This document shows positions 10,546 through 24,180 of a DNA stretch of 64,000 bases, piece after piece. How positions within the stretch are numbered: position 1 is the stretch's first letter; every line of letters begins with the position of its first letter. This stretch comes from the human T2T-CHM13v2.0 reference genome, Homo sapiens. The notes beneath the pieces are model-generated. The model was not told where the DNA came from and did no database searches. It worked only from the letters and a program-made list of their open reading frames with translations. Location: NCBI RefSeq assembly GCF_009914755.1, contig NC_060927.1; one strand, 5' to 3'. The translations under genes were made by a program, and so were the position numbers.

Positions 10546-12837
10546 TGATATGGTTTGGCTGTGTCCCCACCCAAATCTCATCTCGAATTGTAACTCCCAC
10601 AATTCCCATATGTCATGGGGAGAACCCGGTGACAGGTAATTGAATCATAGGGGCAGGAATTTACCATGCTTATTCTCATGATAGTGAATAAGTTTTACAA
10701 GATGTGATGGTTTTAAAAATGGGAATTTCCCTGCACAAGCTCTCTCTTTGCCTGCTGCCATCCATGTAAGACATGACTTGCTCCTCCTTGCCTTCTGCCA
10801 TGTTGAGCCTGTGAAGCCTCCACAGACACATGGAACTATAAGTCCATTAAACCTCTTTCTTTTGTAAATTGCCCAGTCTCAGATATGTCTTTATCAGAAG
10901 CATGAAAACGGACTAATACAGTATATTGGTACCAGTAGAGTGAGGGGCAGCTAAAAAGATACCTCAAAATGTGGAAGCAAATTTGGAACTGGGTAACAGG
11001 CAGAGGTTGGAACAGTTTGGAGGGCTCAGAAGAAGACAGGAAAATGTGGGAAAGTTTGGAACTTCCTAGAGACTTGTGAATTACTTTGACTAAAATGCTG
11101 ATAATGATATGGACAATGAAATCCAGGCTGAGGTGGTCTCAGATGGAGATGAGCTTGTCGGGAACTGAAGCAAAAGTGACTCCTGTTATATTTTTGGACA
11201 GAGACTAGTGGCATTTTGCCCCTGCCCTAGAGATTTGTGGAACCTTGAACTTGAGAGAGATGATTTAGGGTATCTGGCGGAAGAAATTTCTAAGCAGCAA
11301 AACATTCAAGAGGTGACTTTGGTGCCGTTAAAGGCATTCAGTTTTAAAAGGGACATAGAGCATAAACGTTTGGAAAATTTGTAGCCTGACAATGCAATAG
11401 AAAAGAAAATCCCATTTACTGAGAAGAAATTCAAGCTGGCCACAGAAATTTGCATACATAACAAGGAGACGAATGTTAATCACCAAGACAATGGGGGAAA
11501 TATCTCCAGGGCATGTTAGAGACATTTGCAGCAGCCCCACCCATCACAGGCCGGGCAGTTTAAGAGAAAAAGTGGTTTTGTGGGCCAGGCCCAGGGTCCT
11601 TCTGCTGTGTGCGGTCTAGGGACTTGGTGCCCTGTGTCACAGCCACTCCAGCCATGAGTAAAATGGGCCAAGGTACAGTTCAGGCTGTTGATTCAGAGGA
11701 TCAAAGCCTCAAGCCTTGGCAGCTTCCACATGGTGTTGAGCCTGTGGGTGCACAGAAGTCAAGAATTGAGTTTTGAGAATCTCTGCCTATATTTCAGAGG
11801 ATGTATGGAAATGCCTAGATGCCCAGGCAGAAGTTTGCTGCAGGTTCGGGTCCCTCATGGTGGGGGCAGTGTGGAAAGGAAATGTGGGGTTGGAGCCCCC
11901 ACACAGAGTTCCTACTGGTGCGCTACCTAGTGGAGCTTTGAGAAGAGGACCACCGTCCTCCAGACCCCAGAATGGTAGATCCAATGACAGCTTGTGCTGT
12001 TGCCTGGAAAAGCTGCAGGCACTTAACACCAACCCATGAAAGCAGCCAAGGGGGGCGGGGGGGCTGTACCCTGCAAAGCCACAGGGCTGGAGATGCCCAA
12101 AGCTGTGGGAGCCCACCTCTTGTATCAATGTGACCTGGATGTGAGACATGGAGTCAAAGGAGATCATTTGGGAGCTTTAAGACTTGACTGCCCTGCTGGA
12201 TTTTGAACTTGCATGGCACCTGTAGCCCCTTCATTTTGGCCAATTTCTCCCATTTGGAATGGCTGTATTTACCCAATTCCTATAACCCCATTGTATCTAG
12301 GAAGTAATTAACTTGCTTGTGATTTTATAGGCTCATAGGCAGAAGGGACTTGCCTTGTCTCCGATGAGACTTTAAACTGTGGACTTTTGAGTTAATGCTG
12401 AAATGAGTTAAGACTTTGTGGGACTGTTGGGAAGCCATGATTGGTTTTGAGATTTGGGAGGGACCATGGGTGAAATGATATGGTTTGACTGTGTCCCCAC
12501 CCAAATCTCATCTTGAATTGTAACTCCTGCAATTCCCATGTGTCATGGGAGGAACCCAGTGATAGGTAATTGAATCATAGGGATGGGTCTTTCCCGTTCT
12601 ATTCTCATGATAGTGAACAAGTCTCACAAGACATGATGGTTTTAAAAATGGGAGTTTCTCTGCATTAGCTCTCTCTCTTTACTTGCTGCCATCCATGTAA
12701 GATGTAACTTGCTCCTCCTTGCCTTCCTCCATGTTAAACCTGTGAAGCCTCCTCAGTACATTAAACCTCTTTCTTTTGTAAGTTGCCCAGTAAAATTGGG
12801 TATGTCTTTATCAGCAGCATGAAAACAGAACAGTACA
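10546..12837 (+). mobile_element. Complete THE1A/B element: LTR 10546-10920, internal 10921-12475, LTR 12476-12837
   Basis: Two TGATATGGTTTG...ACA LTRs around a ~1.55-kb THE1-int (GTATATTGGTACCAGTAGAGTG...); TSD CCATG / CCATC. Confidence 0.94.
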
Positions 12838-14199
12838 CCATCCTTCCCTCTCCTTAGCTGCCAGAGCTTCCCATCACTTCTCTGTTGAATTCCATTGTTC
12901 TCTCTTAGATGATATATTCAAAATGTCATCAATGTGGTCCTTGACTGGACTTTTCTGTCTTCAGCCAATTTCATTGTAATAAAATAACAAAATAGCTCCT
13001 TTTAATAAGCTTTCCTCAAATTTTATACAGAAACAAAACATGGGTCTTGGAGTACATGACTTTGATTTCCACATTTAGTTTAAGGCTAGATATATTTTTA
13101 GACTATCTTAAGATAAAGTGTATTTATAGACTAGGACCAAGGCAAACTCATGTTATCTTTACTATTGACATCGATAACAATATAAACAAGTTTCACATTT
13201 CCATGTATCTCAAATTTTATTATATAATATGGGCATTGTAATATCAACTTCATAAATGTTTTGTGATGAATTATAAAGTATGAGGTATTTTACATGGCAG
13301 TTTTGATTTTTTTGGTGAATATATATACATTTTATATTATCACTCCTGATTCAGTGTATTTTAAAACTCAAAAAACTTACTTCTGAATTCCTTTTATAAG
13401 CAAGTCAGATTTTCTTTCATTTTTTTCAATAGAAGGCATCTGCCTTCATAAATCATATATAAAGTTGATAAAAGCAAAGAGCACAGCCTTAGGAAAATCT
13501 AACAGGTCAGTAGCTATTTATAATTTGACAATTTATGAGAACAAATATCTCCATTACATAAATAATTCCCTTGCATTTCATTTGCTTATACACCATTATT
13601 TCTAAAAGTTTGTCACAAAAAGAATGGTGATCGATTTATCTTCTTAGCTGGCACAGTGGGTAAATGTGAGCACCACTGCATTCCTTCAGTCGGCTTGCAA
13701 GGAAGATAATATTAATCTTTTATTTTATAAAGATATACCTGAATTTTAGCCAAAGGCCAATGATCCACAGAGACATAAAAAGCCCTGTAAGTAATTCAGC
13801 CCTGAGCTTTTTCTGTGTGCTCCAGTGATCATTTGGCTGGTTCCACCTGAGTCACTGTCTCTGAATGGAAATGGGAACTGTCCTTAAATATTATTCAGCC
13901 CTTTATCCTCTCTCATCAGTATAAGAGTATGAGCTATAAAAGCTTTGGGGCATGTTTGCCAGCTTGTGTAGAAGTAAAAAGAGCCTTCCATGTACTAAAG
14001 ATTAGACGACAACTTCTGTTTGAATTATGATCTCCCATTGGGTATTCTTGTGCCAATCAATTATAAAGCATTCTGAAAATCACTTATAAAATAAGAAATA
14101 TAGATTAGATATGCCCAATGATTTATAAATGACATTAAAAGCACTGTCATTTATAAATCATAAAATCATTTATGATATAAGAAGGCTGGACCATATGCT

Positions 14200-14790
14200 T
14201 GAATGTGTTTTGTCAATTTGGGTAAGAATGGAAACTATATTTCTCAAACTCCCCTTCCCTGTGTGGGTTCAGAATAGTTTCGGTCAAGAAAGAAACTTGT
14301 GTAAGATTTGGGAGGCAGAAATAAATGTGGAGTCATTACTCTTGGAAAAAACTTTATAGTCAGACACTAGGATAGCAGGCCAGAAGTGTCCAATAGTCCA
14401 CTGAACTCCAGTTTATCTTAACTCTTCTCCCATTCTGAGTTCATAGTTGCTGGTATGTCAACCAGCAGTAACCCTAAGCCCACAACCATGCACCTGACTA
14501 CAAGTGCCTTAGAAGTAGCAGTCATACATAGGCACCAGCTTCTTCAGAAGGGGCAGTAACTATGGGCCTCCCCATGAGTACTCTCTTCAGGGGCCCACTT
14601 AGATATCCAGGGGCTATTTGTCTAGAATTTCCTGTCAACTGTAACTTGTACACACATACCAGTGCTTCATGTCAACATGGTTAGATCAGTTATTTCTCTG
14701 ATCTCCTCACTTTCTCTTTCGTTACATCCTCACATATTCACAATTTGTTGTTACTAAGTATCTCGGTCCAGAATATAAGTTCTCAGGGAA
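14200..14790 (+). mobile_element. LTR33-like ERVL LTR
   Basis: TGTCAATTTGGGTAAG...AACTATATTTCTCAAACTCCCCTTCCTGTGTGGGTTC...AGATTTGGGAGGCAGAA resembles the LTR33 5' part; right boundary approximate. Confidence 0.6.
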
Positions 14791-14926
14791 TATAGCAACT
14801 ACAGATCCACAGACATGACTCAGAGCATCTGGGAACACCTGGAGAGTATGTGTTTGTATTGAGTATTTTTCTAGGTAGAAGGGGTACATAATTTTTAACG
14901 TATTTATAAAGAATTCAATAAGTTCA

Positions 14927-15224
<298 letters not shown>

Positions 15225-15259
15225 TCAGTAAGTCCAAACAGATTAAAATCAATGCTTAA

Positions 15260-15464
15260 GGCTGTACTGCTTAATATGGTCATCACTGGCCACGTGTGGC
15301 TACTTAAATTTAATTGATTTAAAACTAATAAAATAAAAAATTCAGTTTCTTTGTCACATTAGTCGCATTTCAAGTGCTTGGTAGCCACATATGGTTAGTT
15401 AGCTATCATATGGGACAGTGTAGAAAATGTTTTCATTATTGCAGAAATTTCTGTTGGATAGTGT
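15260..15464. mobile_element. MER3 (hAT-Charlie MITE)
   Basis: CTGTACTGCTTAATATGGTCATCACTGGCCACGTGTGGCTACTTAAATTT...TTTCAAGTGCTTGGTAGCCACATATGG...TTCTGTTGGATAGTG. Confidence 0.8.
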
Positions 15465-17530
15465 GCTTTCAGGATAGTTAACATTTTATGGAAATGCAGA
15501 AGTTCCATTGCTTTCTATATATAATACTAAGGTAGCTAAGCACCTTTCTTATCATTTCCCTACTTCCTCCAATTTCTCTACCAAACACAAAATCCCTATT
15601 CAAGTAGAACATCAAATTCATTGAACAGCTTAGTACAACGTCTATTTTTCCTTTATAAAGGTCAGTGCTTTTGGTACAGCATGATTGCATGCAGAGTTGA
15701 AAAACAGATCCAATTCACCTACAGAGCCACATAAATATTTTAAGACTGTGTTTTATAAACTGTAAACTTTATTATCGGCTTTGGTTCCAGAGCAGGTGAA
15801 GTCTATATATCATCAAGTCCCACCACTCGTGGCTATTGTTTTAGTAGCCTGCTTCTTCACTTCTGCCATACACTACCCAGCAGACTGGATTAACAGCTCT
15901 CCCAGGTCCCCTTCCACCTTCCAGGAGAAATACTGATTGAACCAGAAGCAAATTCTTCCTATTCTGACATATATGTATACAAGAAAAGCCTAGGAGTTAC
16001 CAACAGCACAATAGGCTACAAACACGAAACCAATCACATTGCTCAGGGAAAGCACTAAGGAGTTTATCATCCTTTCAGGCCAGAAAGGTTTTGAATGGTG
16101 AACACAGACCTCTGCAGCTGCAACTGACTTCTTTGCATTTTAAGGAGCAACATAATAGCATCCCCAATTAGGAACTAATTAGAGAAATAAGTAACAGTTC
16201 TAGAATTTTGGCAGCTATCCCTCATAACCTGAAAGCAACAACAATGAAAAAACTCTTCAAATTCACCTGCATAAGGAAAGACTGGAGTGTGAGTCAATAT
16301 CAGCTTTGTCATACAGGGAATATAGTTATTTACCTTAAAATTCTCTAGAATTTATCATATGCAGCCCTTTTAAAAGTAGGTTCTCTGCTTCTATAGTAAC
16401 ACAAAAAATAATATAGCGGACTGACAGTAAATTGCTCCTTAAATTGAAATATATGTAGCACCAAAGTCTGGAATGCTTTTAGTCTTTCACCATTGAATAT
16501 GATGTTAAGTGTGGGCTTTTCATATATGGCATTTATTATGTTGAGTTAATTTCCTTTTTTCCCTAGTTTGTTGACAGCTTTAATCATGAAAAAATATTAA
16601 ATTGTTTTAAACACTTTTTATGCATCAATTCAGACAATGATGTGATTTTTTTTGTCCTTCATTCTATTAACATGATATATTACATTGATTTTTGTATGTT
16701 GAACCTTCCTTGCATCTCAGGGATAAATCCCACTTGGTCAGAGTGTATGATCCTTTTAATGTGATGTTGAATTTTTTTTTTTGCTAGCATTTTGTTGAGG
16801 ATTTTTGCATTAATATTCATTGGGGATATTACTCTGTAGTTTTCTTTTTTTTGCAGTATCTTTAGCTTTGGTATCAGGATAATGCTGCCCTCATACATTG
16901 AGTTTGGAGGTGTTCCCTCTTCCTCAAGCTTTGGAAGAGTTTGAGGAAGATTAGCATTAATTCTTATTTAAATGTTTGGTAGACTAACAGCAGTGAAGCC
17001 ATTTGGTACTGGGCTTTTCTTTGTTGGGATGATTTTGATTACTGTTTAACCTCCTCACTAGTTATAGGTTTGTTCAGATTTTTTGTTTCTTCATATTTCC
17101 CTTGGTAGGTTGTGTATTTCTAGGAATTTATCCATTTCTTCTAGTTATATAATTTGTTAATGCATAATTGTTCATAGTAGTCTCTTACAATCCTTTTTAT
17201 TTCTGTGGCATCAGATGTAATGTCTCCTTTTTCATTTCTAATTTTAGTTATTTGGGTTGTCCTTTTTGTTTTTTTCTCAGTTAATCTAAGGGTTTGTAAA
17301 TTTTGTTGCTCCTTTTTAAAAAAGAACTCTTAGTTTTTTAAATTTGTTCTGTTTTTTACTTTCTATTTCATTTATTTCTGTTCTAACCTTTTATTATTTC
17401 CTTCCTTTTGCTAATTGTTGGTTTCATTTTCTCTTGTTGTAGTTCCTCGTGGTATAAAATTGAGTTGCTGATTTGCAACCTTTCTTCTATTTGAAGGTAA
17501 GATTTGCTACCATAAACTTCCTTTTTGGTA

Positions 17531-17766
17531 CAGGTTGAGTATCCCTTATCTAAAATGCTTAGGACCAGAAGAGTTTCAAATTTTGGATTTTTTTCAGATT
17601 TTGGAATATTCGTATTATGCTTGCTGGTTGAGCATCTCTAATCTGACATTCTGAAATATGAAATATTCCAAAGAGCATTTCTTTTGAGTGTCATGCCAGC
17701 ATTCAAAACGTTCTGATTTTAGCACATTTTAAATTTTGGATTTTCAGATTAAGGATGCTCAACTTG
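17531..17766. mobile_element. Tigger4a (MER46A-type)
   Basis: TA|CAGGTTGAGTATCCCTTATC...GGATGCTCAACTTG terminal inverted repeats, ~236 bp. Confidence 0.88.
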
Positions 17767-19823
17767 TCCTACTTTTGCTGCATCCCACTTATTTTATTAT
17801 GTTGTGTTTTTTTCATTTTTCTTGAGATGGTTTCTAATTTCTCTTGTGATTTTTCTTTGACCAATTGTTTGTTTAAGATCATGTTGTTTAATTTCCACAT
17901 ATATGTGGATTTTTTGTTCGTTTGTTTTACTCCTGTTATAACTTTTTAGTTTCATTCCATTGTGGTCAGAGTAGATACCTTGTATGATTTTAATCTTCTA
18001 AAATTTCAGATTTGTTTTGTGACCTAATATAATCTATCCTGAAGAAAGTTTAATCTGTGCTTCAGAAGAATGTGTTTACTGCTTTTGTTGGTTGCAGTAT
18101 TCTGTGTGTGTGTGTGTCTGTGTATGTGTGTGTATGTATGTTCCAATTTGTATATAGTGTTATCCAAGTCTGCTGTTTCCTCATAGGTTTTCTATCTAGT
18201 TGTTCTATCTATTATTAAAAGTCAGATATTGAAGTCTCCTACTGTTATTGTGTTGCTGTCTATTTCTACCTTCTGTTTTGTCAATGTTTGTTTCATATAT
18301 TTGGGAGCTCTTATGTTAGGTACATCATATGCATTTATAATTATTACGTCTTCCTAATGAATTGACCATTTTATGATTATATAATGTCTTTATTTGTCTC
18401 TTGTGACAATTTTTTGCTTCAAGTATATTTTGTCTAATATAGTATAACTGCCCCTGATTTCTTTTGTTACACAAAATATATTTTTATTCTATATCTTTCA
18501 GCTCACGTATGCCCTTATATCTAAAGTGAGTCTCTTGTAGACAGAATATAGTTAGATCTGGTTTCCTTATTCATTCAGTCAATCTATGTCTTTTGATTGG
18601 GGAGTTTAATCCATTTACAGTTAGAACTTACTATTGTCATATTTTTTGTATGTCTCATAGATATTTTGTTTCTCTTTTTTTTCTGTTATTGACTTCATCT
18701 GTGTTTCGCTGATTTTTTTTTTTTTTTTTTTTTGTAGCAACATATTTGATTCCTTTCACTTTTTTGTGTATATCTTCCACAGGTATTTTGCCTTTGGTCA
18801 CCATGAGGATTACATAAAACATCTTAAAGTTATATCAATCTATTTTAAACTGACAAGAACTTAAATCCAATCATATGCAAAAACTCTATTCCTTTACATT
18901 TCTACTCCCCCCAAAGTTATGTTACTGATGTCAAATATTGCACCTTTTTATATTGTGTATCAATGAACATAGATTTAGTTATATTTTGTGCTTTTCTCTT
19001 TTTTAAACATTTCCAACTTTTAAGTTCAGGGGTACATGTGCAGGATATGCAGGTATATTACATAGGTAAACATGTGCCATGGTGGTTTGCTACACAGATC
19101 AGCCCATCAGTCAGGTATTAAGCCCAGCATCCACTGGCTATTCTTCCTGATGCTCTCTCTTCTACCCCCTAGTCTCTGACAGGCCACAGTGTGTGTTGCT
19201 CCCCCAGCCATGTGTCCATATATTCTCATCACTTAGCTCCATTTGGTTTTCTGTTCCAGTGTTAATTTACTAAGGATAATGGACTCCAGTTCCAACCATG
19301 ACCCTGCAAAGGACATGATCTTGTTCCTGTTTATGGCTGCATGGTATTCCATGGTGTATATCTATCACTTTTTTTAATCCAGTCTATCATTGATGGGCAT
19401 TTTAGGTTGATTTCATATCTTTGCTATTGTGAATAGTCCTGCAATGAACATACATGTGCATGTGTCTTTATAGTAGAATTATTTATATTCCTTTGAGTAT
19501 ATACCCAGTAATGGGATTATTGGGTCAAATGGTATTTCTGCCTCTAGGTCTTTGGGGGAATTTCCACACTGTCTTCCACAATGGTTGAACTACTTTACAC
19601 TCCCACCAACAATGTAAAAGTGTTCTTTTCTCTCCACAACCTTGCCAGTATTTTTTATTTGTTTGTTTGTTTTTACTTTTTATAGTAGCCATTCTGACTG
19701 GTGTGAGATAGTATATCATTGTGGTTTTGATTTGCATTTCTCTAATGATCATTGATGTTGAGCTTTTTTTTCATATGATTGTTTGCCGCATGTATGTCTT
19801 CTTTTGAGAAGTGTCTGTTCATG

Positions 19824-20327
<504 letters not shown>

Positions 20328-20785
20328 GAAAAGTGTCTGTTCATGTACTTTGCCCACTTTTTAATGGGGTTGTTTTTTTCTTGAAAATTTAAGTTCTTTG
20401 TAGATGCTGGGTATTAGAATTTTGCCAGACATATAGATTGCAATTTTTTTTTCTTCTATTCTGGGGATTGTCTGTTTTCTCTGTTGATAGTTTTTTTTGT
20501 TTGTTTGTTTGGAGTTTTTTTGCTGTGCAGAAGCTCTTTAGTTTAATTAGATCACGTTTGTCAATTTTTGCTTTTGTTGCAGTTGCTTTTGGCATCTTTT
20601 TCATAAAATCTTTGCCCTTGCCTATGTCCTGAATGGTATTGCCTAGCTTTTCTTCTAGGGTTTTTATAGTTTGGGGTTTTACATTTAAATCTTTAATCCA
20701 TCTTGAGTTGATTTTTGTATAGTGTAAGGAAGGACTCCAGTTTTCATTTTCTGTATATGGCTAGCCGGTTCTCCCAGCACCATTT

Positions 20786-21093
20786 TTATTTTATTTATTT
20801 ATTTATTTATTTTGAGATGGAGTCTTGCTCTGTTGCCCAGACTGGAGTGCAATGGTGCTGTCTAGGCTCACTGCAACCTCCGCCTCCGAAGTTCAAGAGA
20901 TTCTCCTGCCTCAGCCTCCAGAGTAGCTGGGATTATAGGCACAAGCCATCACGCCCAGATAATTTTTGTATTTTTAGTAGAGACAGGGTTTCACCATGTT
21001 GGCCAGGCTGGTCTCGAACTCCTGACCTCATGATCCACCCACCTCAGCCTCCCAAAGTGCTGGGATTACAGGCATGAGCTACCTCACCCAGCC
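20786..21093 (-). mobile_element. AluSg-like
   Basis: (TTTA)n tail, CCTGACCTCATGATCC 2-bp-deletion diagnostic, TSD CCAGCACCATTT. Confidence 0.92.
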
Positions 21094-23979
21094 AACCAGC
21101 ACCATTTATAAAATAATAAATCCTTTCCCCATTGCTTATATGTGTCAAGTTTGTCAAAGAGCAGATGGTTGTAGGTGGGCAGTCTTATTTCTGGGTTCTC
21201 TATTCTGTTCCATCAGTCTGTGTGTCTGTTCTTACACCAGTACCATGCTGTTTTGGTTACTGTGGCCCTGTAGTATAGTTTGAAGTCAGATACCATGATG
21301 TCTCCAGCTTTTTTTCCTTTTTCTTAGGATTGCCTTGTCTATTCGGGCTCTTTTTGGTCCTATATGAATTTAAAAATAATTTCCAATTCCGTGAAGAATG
21401 TTAATGATAATTTAATGGGAATAGCACTGAATCTACAAATTGCTTTGGGCATTATGACCATTTTCATGATGTTGATTCTTTCTATCCATGAACGTAGAAT
21501 GTTTTTTCATTTGTATGTGTCATCTCTGATTTATTTGAGCAGTGGTTTGTAGTTGTTCTTGAAGAGGTCCTTCACTGCCCTTGTTAGCTGTATTCCTAGG
21601 TATTTTAATCTCTTTGTAGTAATTGTGAATGGGAGTTCATTCATGATTTGGCTCTCTGCTTGCCTGTTGTTGCTGTATAGGAATGTTAGCGATTTTTGCA
21701 CATTGATTTTGTATCCTGAGACTTTGCTGAAGTTGCTTAAGAATCTTTTGGGCTGAGAGGATGGGCTTTTCTAGATATAGATTCATGTCATCTGCAAACA
21801 AAGATAGTTTGACTTTCTCTCTTCCTACTTAAATACCCTTTATTTCTTTCTCTTGCCTGATTGTGCTGGCCAGAACTTCCAACACTAGGATAAATAGGAG
21901 TGGTGTGAGAGGATAAATTTGTCTTGTGCTGATTTTCAAGGGGAATGCTTCCAGCTTTTAAATTCTATACCATAACTTAAATAATTTCTAAATCACCACT
22001 ATAAGACTATAGGACTGTGTATTTGTCTATATATTTACCTTTACCAGAGAGGTATACATTTTTCTATGTTTTTATGTTGTTGTATAGCATCTTTTCATTT
22101 AAACATGAAGGACTCTCTTAAACATTTTTAGGGAAAGCCCAGTGGTGATGAACTCCCTCAGCTTTTCTTTAGAAAAGTTTTATTTTTATTTTTTAACGAC
22201 AGTTTTAATAAATATAGTATTTTTGATTGGCAGCTTTTTCTTTCAGCACTTCCCGATGTAAATATATCATCCCACTGTCTTCTAATCTGTGAAGTTCTTG
22301 CTGAGAATCCTCTGACAGTCTTATAGGAGCTCCCATGTATAATGAGCCTCTTTTCTCTTACTGTTTTAAAGATTCTATCTTTGCCTATGACTGTTGACAA
22401 TTTGATTATTATGTGTTGCAGTGTAGGTTTCTTTGCATCTCTTAGTTGGAGTTTATTGAGTTTCTTTAATTTGTATATCCATTTTCTTTCTTACATTCAA
22501 GAAGCTTTTGCCTATTGTTTCTTCACACCAATCTTTGTTCCTTTCTCTCTCCTCCTGGAATTCCTATAATGCATATTTGGTCTGTTTGACAGTGATCCAT
22601 AAGTCTGTTAGGTTCTTTTTACTTTATAAAATTATTATTAACTTTTTTTCCCTCTGACTTGATAATTTCAAATGACCTGTCTTCAAGATGGATGATTCTT
22701 CTGCTTAATGAAGTCTGCTGTCAAATCCTTTTAGTATATGTTTTAATTCATTTATGATATTCTCCAGCTCCAGAATGTCTATTCACTTATTTTTATAGTT
22801 TCTACTTATTTGTTGATTTCTCATTTTATTTGTGAATAATTTTCCAGATGTATATTGTCCATCTTTATTCTCTTTTAGCTCATTGAGCATCTTTAAAATG
22901 GTTATTTTGAATTCTTTGTTAGGAAATTTATAGTCTTTATGTCTTTAGGGTTCCTTTTTGAAGATGTACTTTGCCCCTTTGATTGCACTATGTTTTTCTG
23001 TTTCTTTGTATGCCTTGTTATATTTAGTTGAGATTTGGGCATTTGAAAAAATAGCCAACTCTCTCAATCATTAAGGAATGGGTTTGTAAGGAGAAGGCAT
23101 TCACCAACCAGCCTGGCTACAGGTTCTGGAGACTTTTCTAGAGACACATTTTCTCTAGGATTGTTTGAGTATAGCTTTCCCAGTTAAAAAAAGGTTTGTC
23201 TCGGTCTCTTCTAAACACTCTGTAATCTCTTGCTCCTCCTGGTGTCTCTCTGCAGTACTGTAGTCTCTCTGGTACCATTACAAGACACAGTGCTCACCTT
23301 TGTGTTCAGCAGTCCCCAACTTGGCATCCAATGTACAGCACTGTTTCATTCAGTGCTCCAAGTCCAGCAATACAGGAAACAATCTTTCAGGATGCCCCTT
23401 GAAAAACCAGAATGTTTAGCACATGTTCTACTCTTCTTTTTCACTTCCAAGAGAGAAGCTAGGACTTAGGAGTTTTGTCTAGATTGTACTATGCTGTAGT
23501 GGGGGTGGGGGCGTAGAGGAAAGGGGGTAGGGTAAGCAAATGCAACAAACTTTCATGCCCATTTCTTTGCAGTTCTTTGTGGCTTTGTCCTCTTCTCGGC
23601 GGCTGCAACCTCTTAACTGGTTTCTGGAGTTTTCATAAAGGCAATTTGGTCTGTATATTAAGTCAGTGTCTCCACAGGGTAACATGGGCTTAGGGCTTCC
23701 TTTCAGCCATCTCGCTGTCATCACTTGAAAGCAAGTAATTTTTAAGCAAGAAAATACATTAATGACCAGGAAAGGCAGCTGTGTAAGAAAATATGTATAC
23801 TTGCATAGGGATCCCTTAGTTAAAATCAAAACTCCAAACTCAAAAAATGGAAGGAGGGTAAAAGCTTCTAATAAAATGTCAGAATATGTTTTTGAGTGGC
23901 TGTCTGCTCAACTAGACTAAATGCCATGTAGAAACAGAGATGGGCCCTTATTCACCTTTGTGGTTGTGATGACGTTGAC

Positions 23980-24180
23980 GTTCATTCTTTCATGCTTCCA
24001 GCAATGACTACTTTCACTGAATGCATGTTAGCCCATATATTTATTGCTAGGTACAAATGGTAAGCAAACACAACCCAGTTCCTGCCCTTATGGAGTTTCT
24101 AGTCTAGTAAAGAATACAAGCATATGAACAAACACCTAAAATCTAGTGTGACAACACTCAGAAAGGCTTGATTGCAGAGT
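23980..24180 (-). mobile_element. L2 3' fragment
   Basis: TTCATTCTTTCATG...GCTAGGTACAAATGGTAAGCAAACACAACCCAGTTCCTGCCCTTATGGAGTTTCTAGTCTAGT. Confidence 0.65.

Larger units (their letters stand above)
3088..12970 (-). mobile_element. Near full-length degenerate L1MA (L1MA3/4-like), interrupted by AluSp, THE1D and THE1A/B
   Basis: 3'UTR at ~3090-3750; ORF2 remnants in the ORF track (3749-4120, 5006-5194, 5535-5989 [15 protein letters not shown]); EN, spacer and ORF1 remnants to ~8900; GC-richer 5'UTR ~9100-10545 resuming at 12838 to TCAGCCA (~12967). Confidence 0.85.

Noticed and set aside
11688-12167. Overlapping ORFs in the THE1 internal region as a functional MaLR ORF
   Set aside because: Short, in different frames and strands; the ancestral ORF is broken.
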